Source of the DNA: Vulcanimicrobiota bacterium
GTDB lineage: Bacteria; Vulcanimicrobiota; Vulcanimicrobiia; Vulcanimicrobiales; Vulcanimicrobiaceae
Reading direction: 5' to 3'
Length of the DNA stretch: 64,000 bases
Assembly: GCA_963837195.1 (NCBI GenBank)
Contig: CAWIMO010000006.1
Coordinates: 526,798 to 590,797 of the forward strand
Shown: in pieces, positions 46,091 to 54,451 of the stretch
Layout of the letters: each line of letters begins with the position of its first letter
Position numbering within the stretch: the first letter of the stretch is position 1
Translations under genes and position numbers: made by a program
Notes under the pieces: model-generated
Database searches by the model: none
Seen by the model: the letters and a program-made list of their open reading frames with translations, nothing else
What the model was told of the DNA's origin: nothing

Positions 46091-47004
46091 GTGGCCCAAG
46101 CGGCCGGTATGCTGGTCCTCCGGGGAATCCGGAGCAGGTGCACCGTGACCGCAGCCCTCAGCATCAAGACCGTGGCACGTCTGGCGAACCTCTCGATCGA
46201 CACGATACGCGCATGGGAAAAGCGTTATCGAGCCGTCGTTCCTGAGCGTGCCCACGGCGGCCACCGGGTGTTCAGTACCACCGACGTCGAGCGGCTCGTG
46301 TTGCTGCGTGAAATCGTTTCTTCCGGCACGGCGATTTCGCGCATTGCCAATTGCTCGACCGCTGAATTGCGGGGCATCATGCGCGTCGCGGCCTCGGGCG
46401 GCGAATCCGACGACGCCGACGTGGTACGCCTATTGCGAGCGATTCGCGCACACGACGTTCCGCTGCTGTGCGAGGAACTGCTTTCGGTCGCGCTAATTCG
46501 CAGCGCGACGGAATTTGGCGACGACGTGATTGCCGCCGTCCTTACCGAACTCGAGCGCGACGCCGAAGCGCGTCACACCGGCGAACTGCTGCTCGCGTCG
46601 GCCCTCGTGTCCGTTTCGTCAACGCTCCTCGAGAAGTACCGCGGCGACGCTGTCGCGCCGGTCCTTACGTCACGTTGCCCGGTGAACCGCATGCGATTCC
46701 GCCGCTCTTGGCTGCGCTGGTGTCGGCTGAAGCCGGATTCTTCGGCATCTATCTCGGAACGCAGCTCGAGTCGGCCGACATCGAGCTGCTTGCGCTCGAC
46801 TTGAGCGCGCGGGCGATCGTCGTACACGCCGGGGTCGAATCATTCGAGAATATGCAGACGGCGCTGCGTCTGCGCGAGCGCCTCGCCGGCGTTCGGATCG
46901 TGCTCACCGGACGCGGAGGACGCTTGGCCCCGCCCGGACTCGTTCACGTGAGTTCGCTGGGCGAACTCGCGCACGTTTTGCGCGATCTGAGCGCAACTGC
47001 ATAA
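46091..47004 (+). pseudogene. MerR-family regulator with CarH/LitR-like B12-binding C-terminal domain, one frameshift near 46660
   Basis: Frame 1: LSIKTVARLANLSIDTIRAWEKRY...HRVFSTTDVERLVLL (MerR HTH). Frame 2 continues VTLPGEPHAIPPLLAALVSAEAGFFGIYLGTQL (Rossmann-like B12 domain). Confidence 0.65.
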
Positions 47005-47008
47005 AGAG

Positions 47009-47036
47009 GAAGGCCCGGCGAAGCCGGGCCTTTTTG
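47009..47036. terminator. Bidirectional intrinsic terminator between convergent genes
   Basis: aAGGCCCGGCgaaGCCGGGCCTttttg. Confidence 0.7.
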
Positions 47037-47450
47037 CTATTCCATGGCCGTGGCGTAAAAGTTCCCGTGATCCCAGTACCCGTAGGCAACGATCTGACGT
47101 CCCACCGCCACGCGACCGCTCGTTTCACGGTTGAGCGCAGGCTGGTCGTTGATCACCAGCGTGCGGTCCGAGAGTTGCAGCGTGACGAGATGGCCGCGCA
47201 CCGCGGTAATCGTGCCCGCTACGCGCGCCCGCCGCGGTCCGACCGTATAGTCGGGACAGTGACCGTTCGGCTGCCATACGCCGCCCGCCCACACGCCGCA
47301 GATCGGATCGCCGTATTGGTTGTTCGGCCCCATCGCCGACGAATCGTTGATGTCCGCATTGGGATCAGGCTGACTTTGCGCAAACGCCGGCACGGCCAAT
47401 GCCGCCCCAAAGGCCAGAGTCATAATGATCGCAGTGATTTCTCGTTTCAT
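47037..47450 (-). CDS. Secreted hypothetical protein
   Basis: Signal peptide MKREITAIIMTLAFGAALAVPAFAQ. Confidence 0.6.
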   Translation of the reverse strand: MKREITAIIMTLAFGAALAVPAFAQSQPDPNADINDSSAMGPNNQYGDPICGVWAGGVWQPNGHCPDYTVGPRRARVAGTITAVRGHLVTLQLSDRTLVINDQPALNRETSGRVAVGRQIVAYGYWDHGNFYATAME

Positions 47451-47467
47451 GCGACCGTTTTACCCAG

Positions 47468-48634
47468 TTAGTCGCGCTCGTAAAGCCAGCGCTTGATTGC
47501 AGTTGCAACCAGCTGATGCTCGATTGGATGCAAGCGCGCAAGAACTGCGTCTTCATCTTCTTCCGGTAGTACGCGTAATGGTTTGCGAGCGAGCACACGC
47601 CCGCGATCCGTGTCGATCGTGACTTCGTGCACGCTCGCTCCGACCCACGAACTATGCAGCGCGAGCGCATCGCGCACCGCGCGCGGCCCGCGAAATGCCG
47701 GCATCGTGACGCCGTCGGGCATGCCGACGCTGTCGTGCGCGGGATCGAGCGGCAAGAACGACGGATGCACGTTGAGCATCTCGGGAAATGCCGTAACGAA
47801 GGCGGGATCGAGCAAGTGCATCCAGCCCAAGAGTAAGATCAGCTCGGGCTCGAATCGCGCAACCGTCTCGTAGAGCTGCACGTTGTAACGCTCGCGCGAT
47901 TGTTCGTTGCGTAGCCAGGGAAGCACGACGGCCGGAGTGCCGGCGCGTCGCGCGCGTTCGATCGCGAACGCGTCAGGTTTATTGCTCACCAGCGCCGTCA
48001 GCTCGAGCGGTAATCCCTCGCCGACGCGATCGATGACCGCCTGAAAGTTCGTCCCGCTTCCCGACGCGAGTACCACCGTGCGTACCGGTGTTGGCGTGAA
48101 CAGCGCCGGATCGTAACGTTCGATCACCCGTGCGCCGGCATGCCGTTCGTAGTACGGTACCAGCTCCTCCGACGTCGCCGCGATCAGCCCGCGCGAATAT
48201 CCGCGCGCACGTAACCCGCACAACGCGATATGTAAGAGGAGCGATCCTAGAGTGTCACCCTGAGGTGCGAGCGTCAGCGAGCCTCGAAGGGCGGGCGCCA
48301 CACCGAACGGTCCGAAGATCCCGACGCCGGGCTCGCGTGCAACGCCGCGTAACCACGCGTAGCGCAAGCCCCGCGGATCGAACGCGGCAAAGCCGGCAGG
48401 TTGTCCCTCGCGCAGCGCAATCGCACACTGCGCAACCGCGACCTCGCTGCTCCACGCACCGCCGAAGACCGCATCGATCCACGCCAGCACCGGATCGCGC
48501 GCGCCTGCGTTCGTTTCAACGGAAAAACCGCCGCGCGCCAACCGTTCGCGCGCGGCGCGATCGTCGGCGAAGCGTTCGTCGAGATCGACGACGAGATTAA
48601 CGAGGTTCGTGAATGACAACTTGCGGTTCGTCAC
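47468..48634 (-). CDS. purN: Phosphoribosylglycinamide formyltransferase fused to an N-terminal ~185-aa GNAT-like domain
   Basis: C-terminal half VVLASGSGTNFQAVIDRV...LILLLGWMHLL...LNVHPSFLP is PurN. The N-terminal half has a GNAT motif-A-like ALRG..LGSLLLHIAL...YYERHAGA. Confidence 0.85.
   Translation of the reverse strand: MTNRKLSFTNLVNLVVDLDERFADDRAARERLARGGFSVETNAGARDPVLAWIDAVFGGAWSSEVAVAQCAIALREGQPAGFAAFDPRGLRYAWLRGVAREPGVGIFGPFGVAPALRGSLTLAPQGDTLGSLLLHIALCGLRARGYSRGLIAATSEELVPYYERHAGARVIERYDPALFTPTPVRTVVLASGSGTNFQAVIDRVGEGLPLELTALVSNKPDAFAIERARRAGTPAVVLPWLRNEQSRERYNVQLYETVARFEPELILLLGWMHLLDPAFVTAFPEMLNVHPSFLPLDPAHDSVGMPDGVTMPAFRGPRAVRDALALHSSWVGASVHEVTIDTDRGRVLARKPLRVLPEEDEDAVLARLHPIEHQLVATAIKRWLYERD
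48254..48291 (+). repeat. Dispersed-repeat unit (GTCACCCTGAGG variant) lying in-frame inside the purN-fusion coding region
   Basis: gtcaccctgaggtgcgagcgtcagcgagcctcgaaggg compared with the intergenic copy at 59323 (gtcaccctgaggtgtgagc...gcgagcctcgaagg). Encodes ...LRGSLTLAPQGDT... on the minus strand. Confidence 0.5.
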
Positions 48635-49598
48635 CGTCGCGCTGTTCGATCCAGCCGACGACTTTGGCGCCCGGCACCGCCGCGGCAGCCTTCATTGCAT
48701 CCGCCAACGGCACGATCAAGGTGTAGCCGATTCCCATGTTCAGCGTGCGGTACTTTTCTTCGTAGCTCAGATTACCGCGCTGCACCAGCTCTTGCATGAT
48801 CGCCGGGACGCTCCAGCGCGCCGCCTCGAAGATCGCCTTGGCGTTGGGCGGCAGCGTGCGCGGAACGTTTTCGAGCAGACCGCCGCCGGTGATGTGCGCC
48901 ATCGTCTTGACCCGCGCGACGGCTTCTATCGCGCGCACCGCACTATAATAGGAAGGATGCGGCGCGAGCAGCGCGCCCCACTCCTCACGCGGAAGTAACG
49001 CGCGCGCGAGCGAGTAGCCGTTGGTGTGCAGGCCGATCGCGGGCAGCCCCACGATGGCATCGCCCGGTTCGACGCTCTCGGGGTTGGGCACGTCGGCGAT
49101 ATCGACGCTGCCGACGATCGTCCCGGCTAAATCGAAGTGCTTCGATGCGTAGAGCCCCGGCATCTCCGCCGTTTCACCGCCGAGCAGCGCGCAATTGTGG
49201 TCGCGGCACGCCTGCGCGCAGCCGCCGACCACCGCAGCCGCAACCGCTGGGTCCAATTTTCCGGTGGCAAAGTAATCGAGAAAGAACATCGGCGTCGCAT
49301 TGACGACCAGGATGTCGTTGACGCAATGATTGACTAAATCGGCGCCGACGCTATCGTAACGCTCGAGTTCCGCCGCGATAAGGATCTTCGTGCCGACGCC
49401 GTCGGTCGACGCGACCAGCGCGCGATCGCCCCCGCCGGGCAGACGAAAAAGGCCGCCAAAGCCGCCAATCGCATCGAGCTGATCGGGGTGGCGCCACGCT
49501 CCAAGGACCTGCTTATACCGCGCAACCGCCTCGTTGCCGGACGCGATATCGACGCCCGCCTGCGCGTAGGCATCTTTGCTGCGACTTTGGTCGCTCAT
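48597..49598 (-). CDS. purM: Phosphoribosylformylglycinamidine cyclo-ligase (AIR synthetase)
   Basis: DAYAQAGVDIASGNEAV...GGFGGLF...DGVGTK...HITGGGLLENVPR. Confidence 0.9.
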   Translation of the reverse strand: MSDQSRSKDAYAQAGVDIASGNEAVARYKQVLGAWRHPDQLDAIGGFGGLFRLPGGGDRALVASTDGVGTKILIAAELERYDSVGADLVNHCVNDILVVNATPMFFLDYFATGKLDPAVAAAVVGGCAQACRDHNCALLGGETAEMPGLYASKHFDLAGTIVGSVDIADVPNPESVEPGDAIVGLPAIGLHTNGYSLARALLPREEWGALLAPHPSYYSAVRAIEAVARVKTMAHITGGGLLENVPRTLPPNAKAIFEAARWSVPAIMQELVQRGNLSYEEKYRTLNMGIGYTLIVPLADAMKAAAAVPGAKVVGWIEQRDGDEPQVVIHEPR

Positions 49599-49698
49599 TC
49601 GGCTTCCGGCGCAGGGCCGATACCGAGCAGCGGCCGAATTGTGCTCAAAACGATAGTCATCTCTGGCGCTCATACTTCACCCCAGCGAAAGGTTGCCC

Positions 49699-51225
49699 AT
49701 GCAAGTTCTCATCGCGCAAGATGCGCCGGTCTCCGCGCGCACGGGCGCCCTCGTCGTTCCGGTCTTCACCAACGGTGAAATGAGCAGCGCCGCTAAAGCC
49801 GTCGATGCGGCGGTGGGCGGCGCGATCGCGGCGATTCTGTCGTCCGAAGAGATCAAAGGAAAGCTGGCCGACTGTGCGCTCGTGCACGCCGCCGATACAC
49901 CGTTCCATCGCGTGCTCGTCGTCGGCTTAGGCGAACGCGCGAAGTTCGAACCGTCGCACCTTGCGCGCTATGCCGGCGCCGCGGTGCGCTACCTCGGCCG
50001 CCGCAACGTCGACGCGCTTGCGATTGCGCTCCCCGATGAAGCCAAAGGCAATGAAGTCGCCTGCGCATCGTTTACGATCGAAGGTGCGATCAGCGGCGGG
50101 TTCGAGACCACCATCTATCAGGAGAAACCCGAGAAACGCATGGCGGTCCAGTCGGTGACGCTGCTTGCCAACGGCTTCGACGCGGCCGGCATCAAACGCG
50201 GCGTCGAGCGCGGCGAGATTCTCGGTGAAGCCGTCAATTTTGCACGCCGCCTCGCGGTCACGCCCGGCAACGACATGACGCCGACCGTGCTCGCCGACGA
50301 AGCCGTGACGTACGGCAAGGCCGCCGGCATTTCGGTCGAGGTGTTCGACGAAGCGCGCATTCGTAAGGAAGGCATGGGCTCGTTTCTCTCGGTTGCGCAA
50401 GGCAGCGTGCAGCCGCCCACGTTCATCGTCATGCGCTATAACGGCGATCCCGGCAACAAAGAACTGCTTGCGCTGGTCGGCAAAGGCATCACGTTCGATA
50501 CCGGCGGCATCTCGCTCAAGCCGCCCGAGCGGATGGAAGAGATGAAGTACGACATGTCGGGCGGCGCCGCCGTCATTGCCACGATGTGCGCGCTCGGCAA
50601 ACTCAAACCCAAACTCAATGTCGTGGGGATCGTACCGGCTACCGAAAATATGCCCGGCGGCAAAGCCACCAAACCCGGCGACATCGTCAAGGCGATGAAC
50701 GGCAAGACGATCGAGGTGATCAACACCGATGCCGAGGGCCGTCTCATTCTCGCCGACGCGCTGGTCTACGCGAATAAAGTCGGCGCAACCAAGATCGTCG
50801 ACGCGGCGACCTTGACCGGCGCGTGCGTGATCGCGCTCGGTCACGCGGCCAGCGCCGCGGTCGGCAGCGATGATGCATTCACCAATGAATTTCTCGCGGC
50901 GGCGAAACGGACCGGCGAGCGTTATTGGCACATGCCGCTCTACGACGAATACGCCAGCGCCATGAAGAGCGACATCGCCGATCTGAAAAACACCGGCGGA
51001 CGACCGGCCGGCACGCTCACCGCGGCGGCGTTTCTCAAAGCGTTCGTCGATGACACGCCGTGGGTCCATCTTGATATTGCCGGCACCGCGTATTTAGACA
51101 ACGAGTCGGCCTGGCAGGCGAAAGGCCCAACCGGCACACCGGTGCGCGCGTTCGTGTCGTTCGTCGAGACGCTCGCCGGCGCACCCGTCGTCCACGCAAA
51201 CGGAAAGCAAAAAGTATCGGCGTAG
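49699..51225 (+). CDS. pepA: Leucyl aminopeptidase (M17)
   Basis: GKGITFDTGGISLKP...MKYDMSGGAAV...NTDAEGRLILADAL. Confidence 0.9.
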   Translation: MQVLIAQDAPVSARTGALVVPVFTNGEMSSAAKAVDAAVGGAIAAILSSEEIKGKLADCALVHAADTPFHRVLVVGLGERAKFEPSHLARYAGAAVRYLGRRNVDALAIALPDEAKGNEVACASFTIEGAISGGFETTIYQEKPEKRMAVQSVTLLANGFDAAGIKRGVERGEILGEAVNFARRLAVTPGNDMTPTVLADEAVTYGKAAGISVEVFDEARIRKEGMGSFLSVAQGSVQPPTFIVMRYNGDPGNKELLALVGKGITFDTGGISLKPPERMEEMKYDMSGGAAVIATMCALGKLKPKLNVVGIVPATENMPGGKATKPGDIVKAMNGKTIEVINTDAEGRLILADALVYANKVGATKIVDAATLTGACVIALGHAASAAVGSDDAFTNEFLAAAKRTGERYWHMPLYDEYASAMKSDIADLKNTGGRPAGTLTAAAFLKAFVDDTPWVHLDIAGTAYLDNESAWQAKGPTGTPVRAFVSFVETLAGAPVVHANGKQKVSA

Positions 51226-51341
51226 CGTTCCGCGCGTACTTTCTCGCTCGTCAGAGCGGGTGGTTTGCCGAAGGTATTGCCAACACGGCGATCGCGTGGC
51301 AAATTTACGCGATCCGTCATCAGGCCCTCGATCTTGGACTC

Positions 51342-52421
51342 GTGGGCCTGGTCGCTTTTCTTCCGCAATTGCTGCTGGCGGTGCCGGCCGGCTTAATGGC
51401 CGATCGCCTCGACCGGCGCGCGGTCGTCATCGTCACCGGCATCGGCGCATTGATCGGCTCGCTGCTTTTCATCCTGCTCGCAGTGCAGCACTCACAATCG
51501 ATCGCCGCCTATTTTGGCGCGCTCCTCTTGTATTCAACGGCCGACGCGCTCGGAGTTCCCGCAACCCGTGCGATGCTGCCGTCGCTGGTGAGCGGCGAGC
51601 GCTACATGCGCGCCACCGCCTTGATCTCGTCGGTCTCGCAATTCGGCACGATCGCGGGGCCCGCGGTCGCGGGCATACTGATCGCGTTCTCGGCCGCGTC
51701 CGCATTTGTGGTAGCGGCCTTGCTGCAACTCGTTGCCATCGTGGCCTTCTTCTTTCTCGATCCGCGCGGGCCGACGCGAGCGCATGAAGAGTCGCTGTGG
51801 CAATCGGCGCTCGGCGGGTTTCGCTTCATCGTCGATCGCAAGATCATTCTCGGCGCGATCTCACTCGATCTCTTTGCCGTGCTCTTCGGCGGCGCAACCG
51901 CGCTCCTCCCGATCTATGCGACGCAGATCCTCCACGTCGGCGCAACCGGCTACGGCATGCTGCGCGCTGCGCCTGCGGTCGGCGCGGCCCTCGTCGGCCT
52001 CTGGCTGATTCGTCATCCCATCGCGCGCAACGGCGGTCGTTGGCTCTTCTGGTGCATCGCGGGATTTGGCGTTGCGACGATCGTCTTCGGACTCTCGCAT
52101 AACATGCCGCTCTCGCTCGTCGCACTCGCGGGAACCGGCGGCTTCGATATGGTCAGCGTGGTGATTCGCAACGCGCTTACCCAGCTCGGTGTCCCCGAAC
52201 TGATGCGCGGCCGCGTCAGCGCCTTCGAAAACATCTTTATCGGCGCATCGAACCAACTCGGCACGTTTGAATCCGGCGTCGTCGCACAGTGGCTTGGGCC
52301 GGTCGCGTCGGTCGTGCTCGGCGGCTGCGCCACGATCGTGGTGGTCGCGCTCTGGGTGGGAATCTTCCCCGCACTGCGCCACTTCGACCACGTAGACGAC
52401 ACCTTGTCATCCCGAGCGTAG
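51342..52421 (+). CDS. MFS transporter (start unresolved; homologous reading frame is open from 51228)
   Basis: LPQLLLAVPAGLMADRLDRR is typical of MFS. The in-frame upstream FRAYFLARQSGWFAEGIANTAIAWQIY looks like TM1 but has no ATG/GTG/TTG. The last codons and the TAG lie in a repeat unit. Confidence 0.7.
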   Translation: MGLVAFLPQLLLAVPAGLMADRLDRRAVVIVTGIGALIGSLLFILLAVQHSQSIAAYFGALLLYSTADALGVPATRAMLPSLVSGERYMRATALISSVSQFGTIAGPAVAGILIAFSAASAFVVAALLQLVAIVAFFFLDPRGPTRAHEESLWQSALGGFRFIVDRKIILGAISLDLFAVLFGGATALLPIYATQILHVGATGYGMLRAAPAVGAALVGLWLIRHPIARNGGRWLFWCIAGFGVATIVFGLSHNMPLSLVALAGTGGFDMVSVVIRNALTQLGVPELMRGRVSAFENIFIGASNQLGTFESGVVAQWLGPVASVVLGGCATIVVVALWVGIFPALRHFDHVDDTLSSRA

Positions 52422-52440
52422 CGAAGCGTAGTCGAGGGAC
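52401..52440 (+). repeat. Dispersed repeat unit overlapping the MFS 3' end
   Basis: accttgtcatcccgagcgtagcgaagcgtagtcgagggac. Confidence 0.85.
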
Positions 52441-52446
52441 CGTCGC

Positions 52447-52611
52447 TTATCTGTGCAGCGCGGACGCGAAGGCCGCGAGCGCGCATAGAATTATGACCGT
52501 CTGCCCGACGATGCACCAAATGACCGTCTTCAGAAAGAAATCGAGCTTCCGTCCGACTCGGTCATAGCTCGCGTCGAACTTAGCCAGGAATTGATCGGGT
52601 TGTGCGCTCAA
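52447..52611 (-). CDS. Unlisted small membrane protein (54 aa)
   Basis: AAGGAGA SD 5 nt before the TTG; LSAQPDQFLAKFDASYDRVGRKLDFFLKTVIWCIVGQTVIILCALAAFASALHR*. Below the track length cutoff. Confidence 0.45.
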   Translation of the reverse strand: MSAQPDQFLAKFDASYDRVGRKLDFFLKTVIWCIVGQTVIILCALAAFASALHR

Positions 52612-52691
52612 CGCGGTCTCCTTCTCGCCATCCTATCCCACCCCGGAAGGCGGCGACAAGGGGCCCCTAGAGGACCCTCGCAGAAGCACGT

Positions 52692-53528
52692 TTGGCTATG
52701 GCACAGACCCGCCAACTCAAAGACGACGCGCGCCCCTACGAGCCGGTCAAAGGTCCGGCACTTCGGCGCATCACCGCCGGTGCGATCAAGCGTCGCAAAG
52801 GCTCCGCTCCCGTCCCAATGATCACCGCGTACGATGCGCCCTTTGCCCGCTTCGCCGAAGAGGCCGGCATCGATTGGATCCTCGTCGGCGACAGTCTCGG
52901 CAACGTCGTGCTGGGCTTCGACGAAACCACGCCGGTAACGATGGACGACATGGTGCATCACACCGCGGCCGCCGTGCGCGGCACGTCACGCGCGCACATC
53001 ATCGCCGACATGCCCTTCGGCTCGTATCAAGTGAGCGACGAAGAAGCGTTACGTAATGCAATCCGTCTCGTCAAAGAAGGCGGCGCGACGTCGGTCAAAC
53101 TCGAAGGCGGCAGCAACGAAGCCGCACGCGTGCGCGCGATTGCGCGCGCCGGTATTCCGGTGGTCGGCCACATCGGCATCACGCCGCAAACCGCCGGCCT
53201 TGGTCCCGGCTATCGGATGCGTACGCATCGCGATCGGTTGCTCGAAGATGCACTGGCGGTCGAAGATGCCGGCGCGTACGCAATCGTGCTCGAGGTGGTC
53301 GACTTCGAGATCGCGCGCGAGCTCACGCAAAAGCTTTCGATTCTGACCGTCGGCATCGGCTCGGGTCCGCACTGCGATTCGCAAGTACTCGTGCTGCACG
53401 ATGCGCTCGGCATGTATCCGCACTCGCCACCGTTCGTCAAACGCTTTGCCGAGATCGGCATCGCCACGACCAACGCGCTGCGCGAGTACGCAACCGCGGT
53501 CAAGGAAGGCGACTTCCCGAAAACGTGA
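52692..53528 (+). CDS. panB: 3-methyl-2-oxobutanoate hydroxymethyltransferase
   Basis: MITAYDAPFARFAEEAGIDWILVGDSLGNVVLG...VKLEGG...GHIGITPQ. The start may be ATG 52698. Confidence 0.9.
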   Translation: MAMAQTRQLKDDARPYEPVKGPALRRITAGAIKRRKGSAPVPMITAYDAPFARFAEEAGIDWILVGDSLGNVVLGFDETTPVTMDDMVHHTAAAVRGTSRAHIIADMPFGSYQVSDEEALRNAIRLVKEGGATSVKLEGGSNEAARVRAIARAGIPVVGHIGITPQTAGLGPGYRMRTHRDRLLEDALAVEDAGAYAIVLEVVDFEIARELTQKLSILTVGIGSGPHCDSQVLVLHDALGMYPHSPPFVKRFAEIGIATTNALREYATAVKEGDFPKT

Positions 53529-54163
53529 ACGGCCCGCAGTTCGACGACGCGTTTCGCGCTCGGCTGCACGACCTCTTCCGCTGGCGTCGCGACGTGCGGC
53601 ACTTCCGCACCGATCCCGTCTCGAACGACGCGATTGCGGCACTGGTGCGCGAGACCGCGCTGTCGCCGTCGGTCGGGTATTCACAGCCGTGGCGTTTCGT
53701 GCGCGTCGATACGCCGGCGCGGCGCGACGCGGTCGTTGCTTCCTTCGAGCACGCCAACGCCGATGCGCTTTCGGGATATTCGGGGGACGAGGCGCTGAAA
53801 TACACTTCGCTTAAGCTCGCGGGCCTGCGCGACGCGCCGATCCACCTCGCGGTCTTTTGCGACACCTCAACCACGACAGGCAAGGGTCTCGGCCAGACAA
53901 CGATGCCGGAAACGTTGGCATATTCGGCCGCCAACGCCGTCTACACGTTCTGGCTTGCAGCGCGCGCGCGCGGCATCGGTGCGGGCTGGGTCTCGATTCT
54001 CGAACCCGAGTTCGTTACGAAAGCGCTCGACGTTCCAGCCGAGTGGAAACTGATTGCCTATCTTTGCGTAGGCTATCCGCTCGAGGACAGCGATCAACCC
54101 GAACTCGAACGCGCCGGCTGGGAGTCGCGCGACGACCGCGCGCTCACCATCTACGAAAGGTAA
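53525..54163 (+). CDS. bluB: 5,6-dimethylbenzimidazole synthase (BluB-type nitroreductase fold)
   Basis: GTGA overlap; FRWRRDVRHF, SPSVGYSQPWRFV, KYTSLKLAGLRDAP, FWLAARARGIGAGWVSI and QPELERAGW match my recollection of S. meliloti BluB. Confidence 0.8.
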   Translation: MNGPQFDDAFRARLHDLFRWRRDVRHFRTDPVSNDAIAALVRETALSPSVGYSQPWRFVRVDTPARRDAVVASFEHANADALSGYSGDEALKYTSLKLAGLRDAPIHLAVFCDTSTTTGKGLGQTTMPETLAYSAANAVYTFWLAARARGIGAGWVSILEPEFVTKALDVPAEWKLIAYLCVGYPLEDSDQPELERAGWESRDDRALTIYER

Positions 54164-54165
54164 GC

Positions 54166-54212
54166 CTCCTTGTCATCCCGAGCGTAGGCGCGAAGCGCCG
54201 AAGTCGAGGGAC
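54166..54212 (+). repeat. Dispersed repeat unit
   Basis: ccttgtcatcccgagcgtaggcgcgaagcgccgaagtcgagggac. Confidence 0.85.
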
Positions 54213-54262
54213 GCCGCAACCATCGCCGGTCATCCGTATTCCGTTGGCGGCGTTTTTAGAGT

Positions 54263-54412
54263 ATGCGCCTCGATCTTCCGCTGCTCTTCGCCATGCTCAT
54301 GTTAGGCTTTGGCGCCGTGGCGATCATCCAGGTATCCTCGGCCTGGACCGGCGCCGAGCGAGGCATCCTCTTGTACGAACGCACGTGTCCGCTCAACCCC
54401 TCCTCGCGTTGA
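54263..54412 (+). CDS. Short ORF (49 aa) with one TM segment; possible gene fragment
   Basis: MRLDLPLLFAMLMLGFGAVAIIQVSSAW... loosely resembles RodA/FtsW N-termini. Weak. Confidence 0.25.
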   Translation: MRLDLPLLFAMLMLGFGAVAIIQVSSAWTGAERGILLYERTCPLNPSSR

Positions 54413-54451
54413 CGTTCTTGCCTAGCCTCGCCTAGCGCGCTATCGTAAGGC

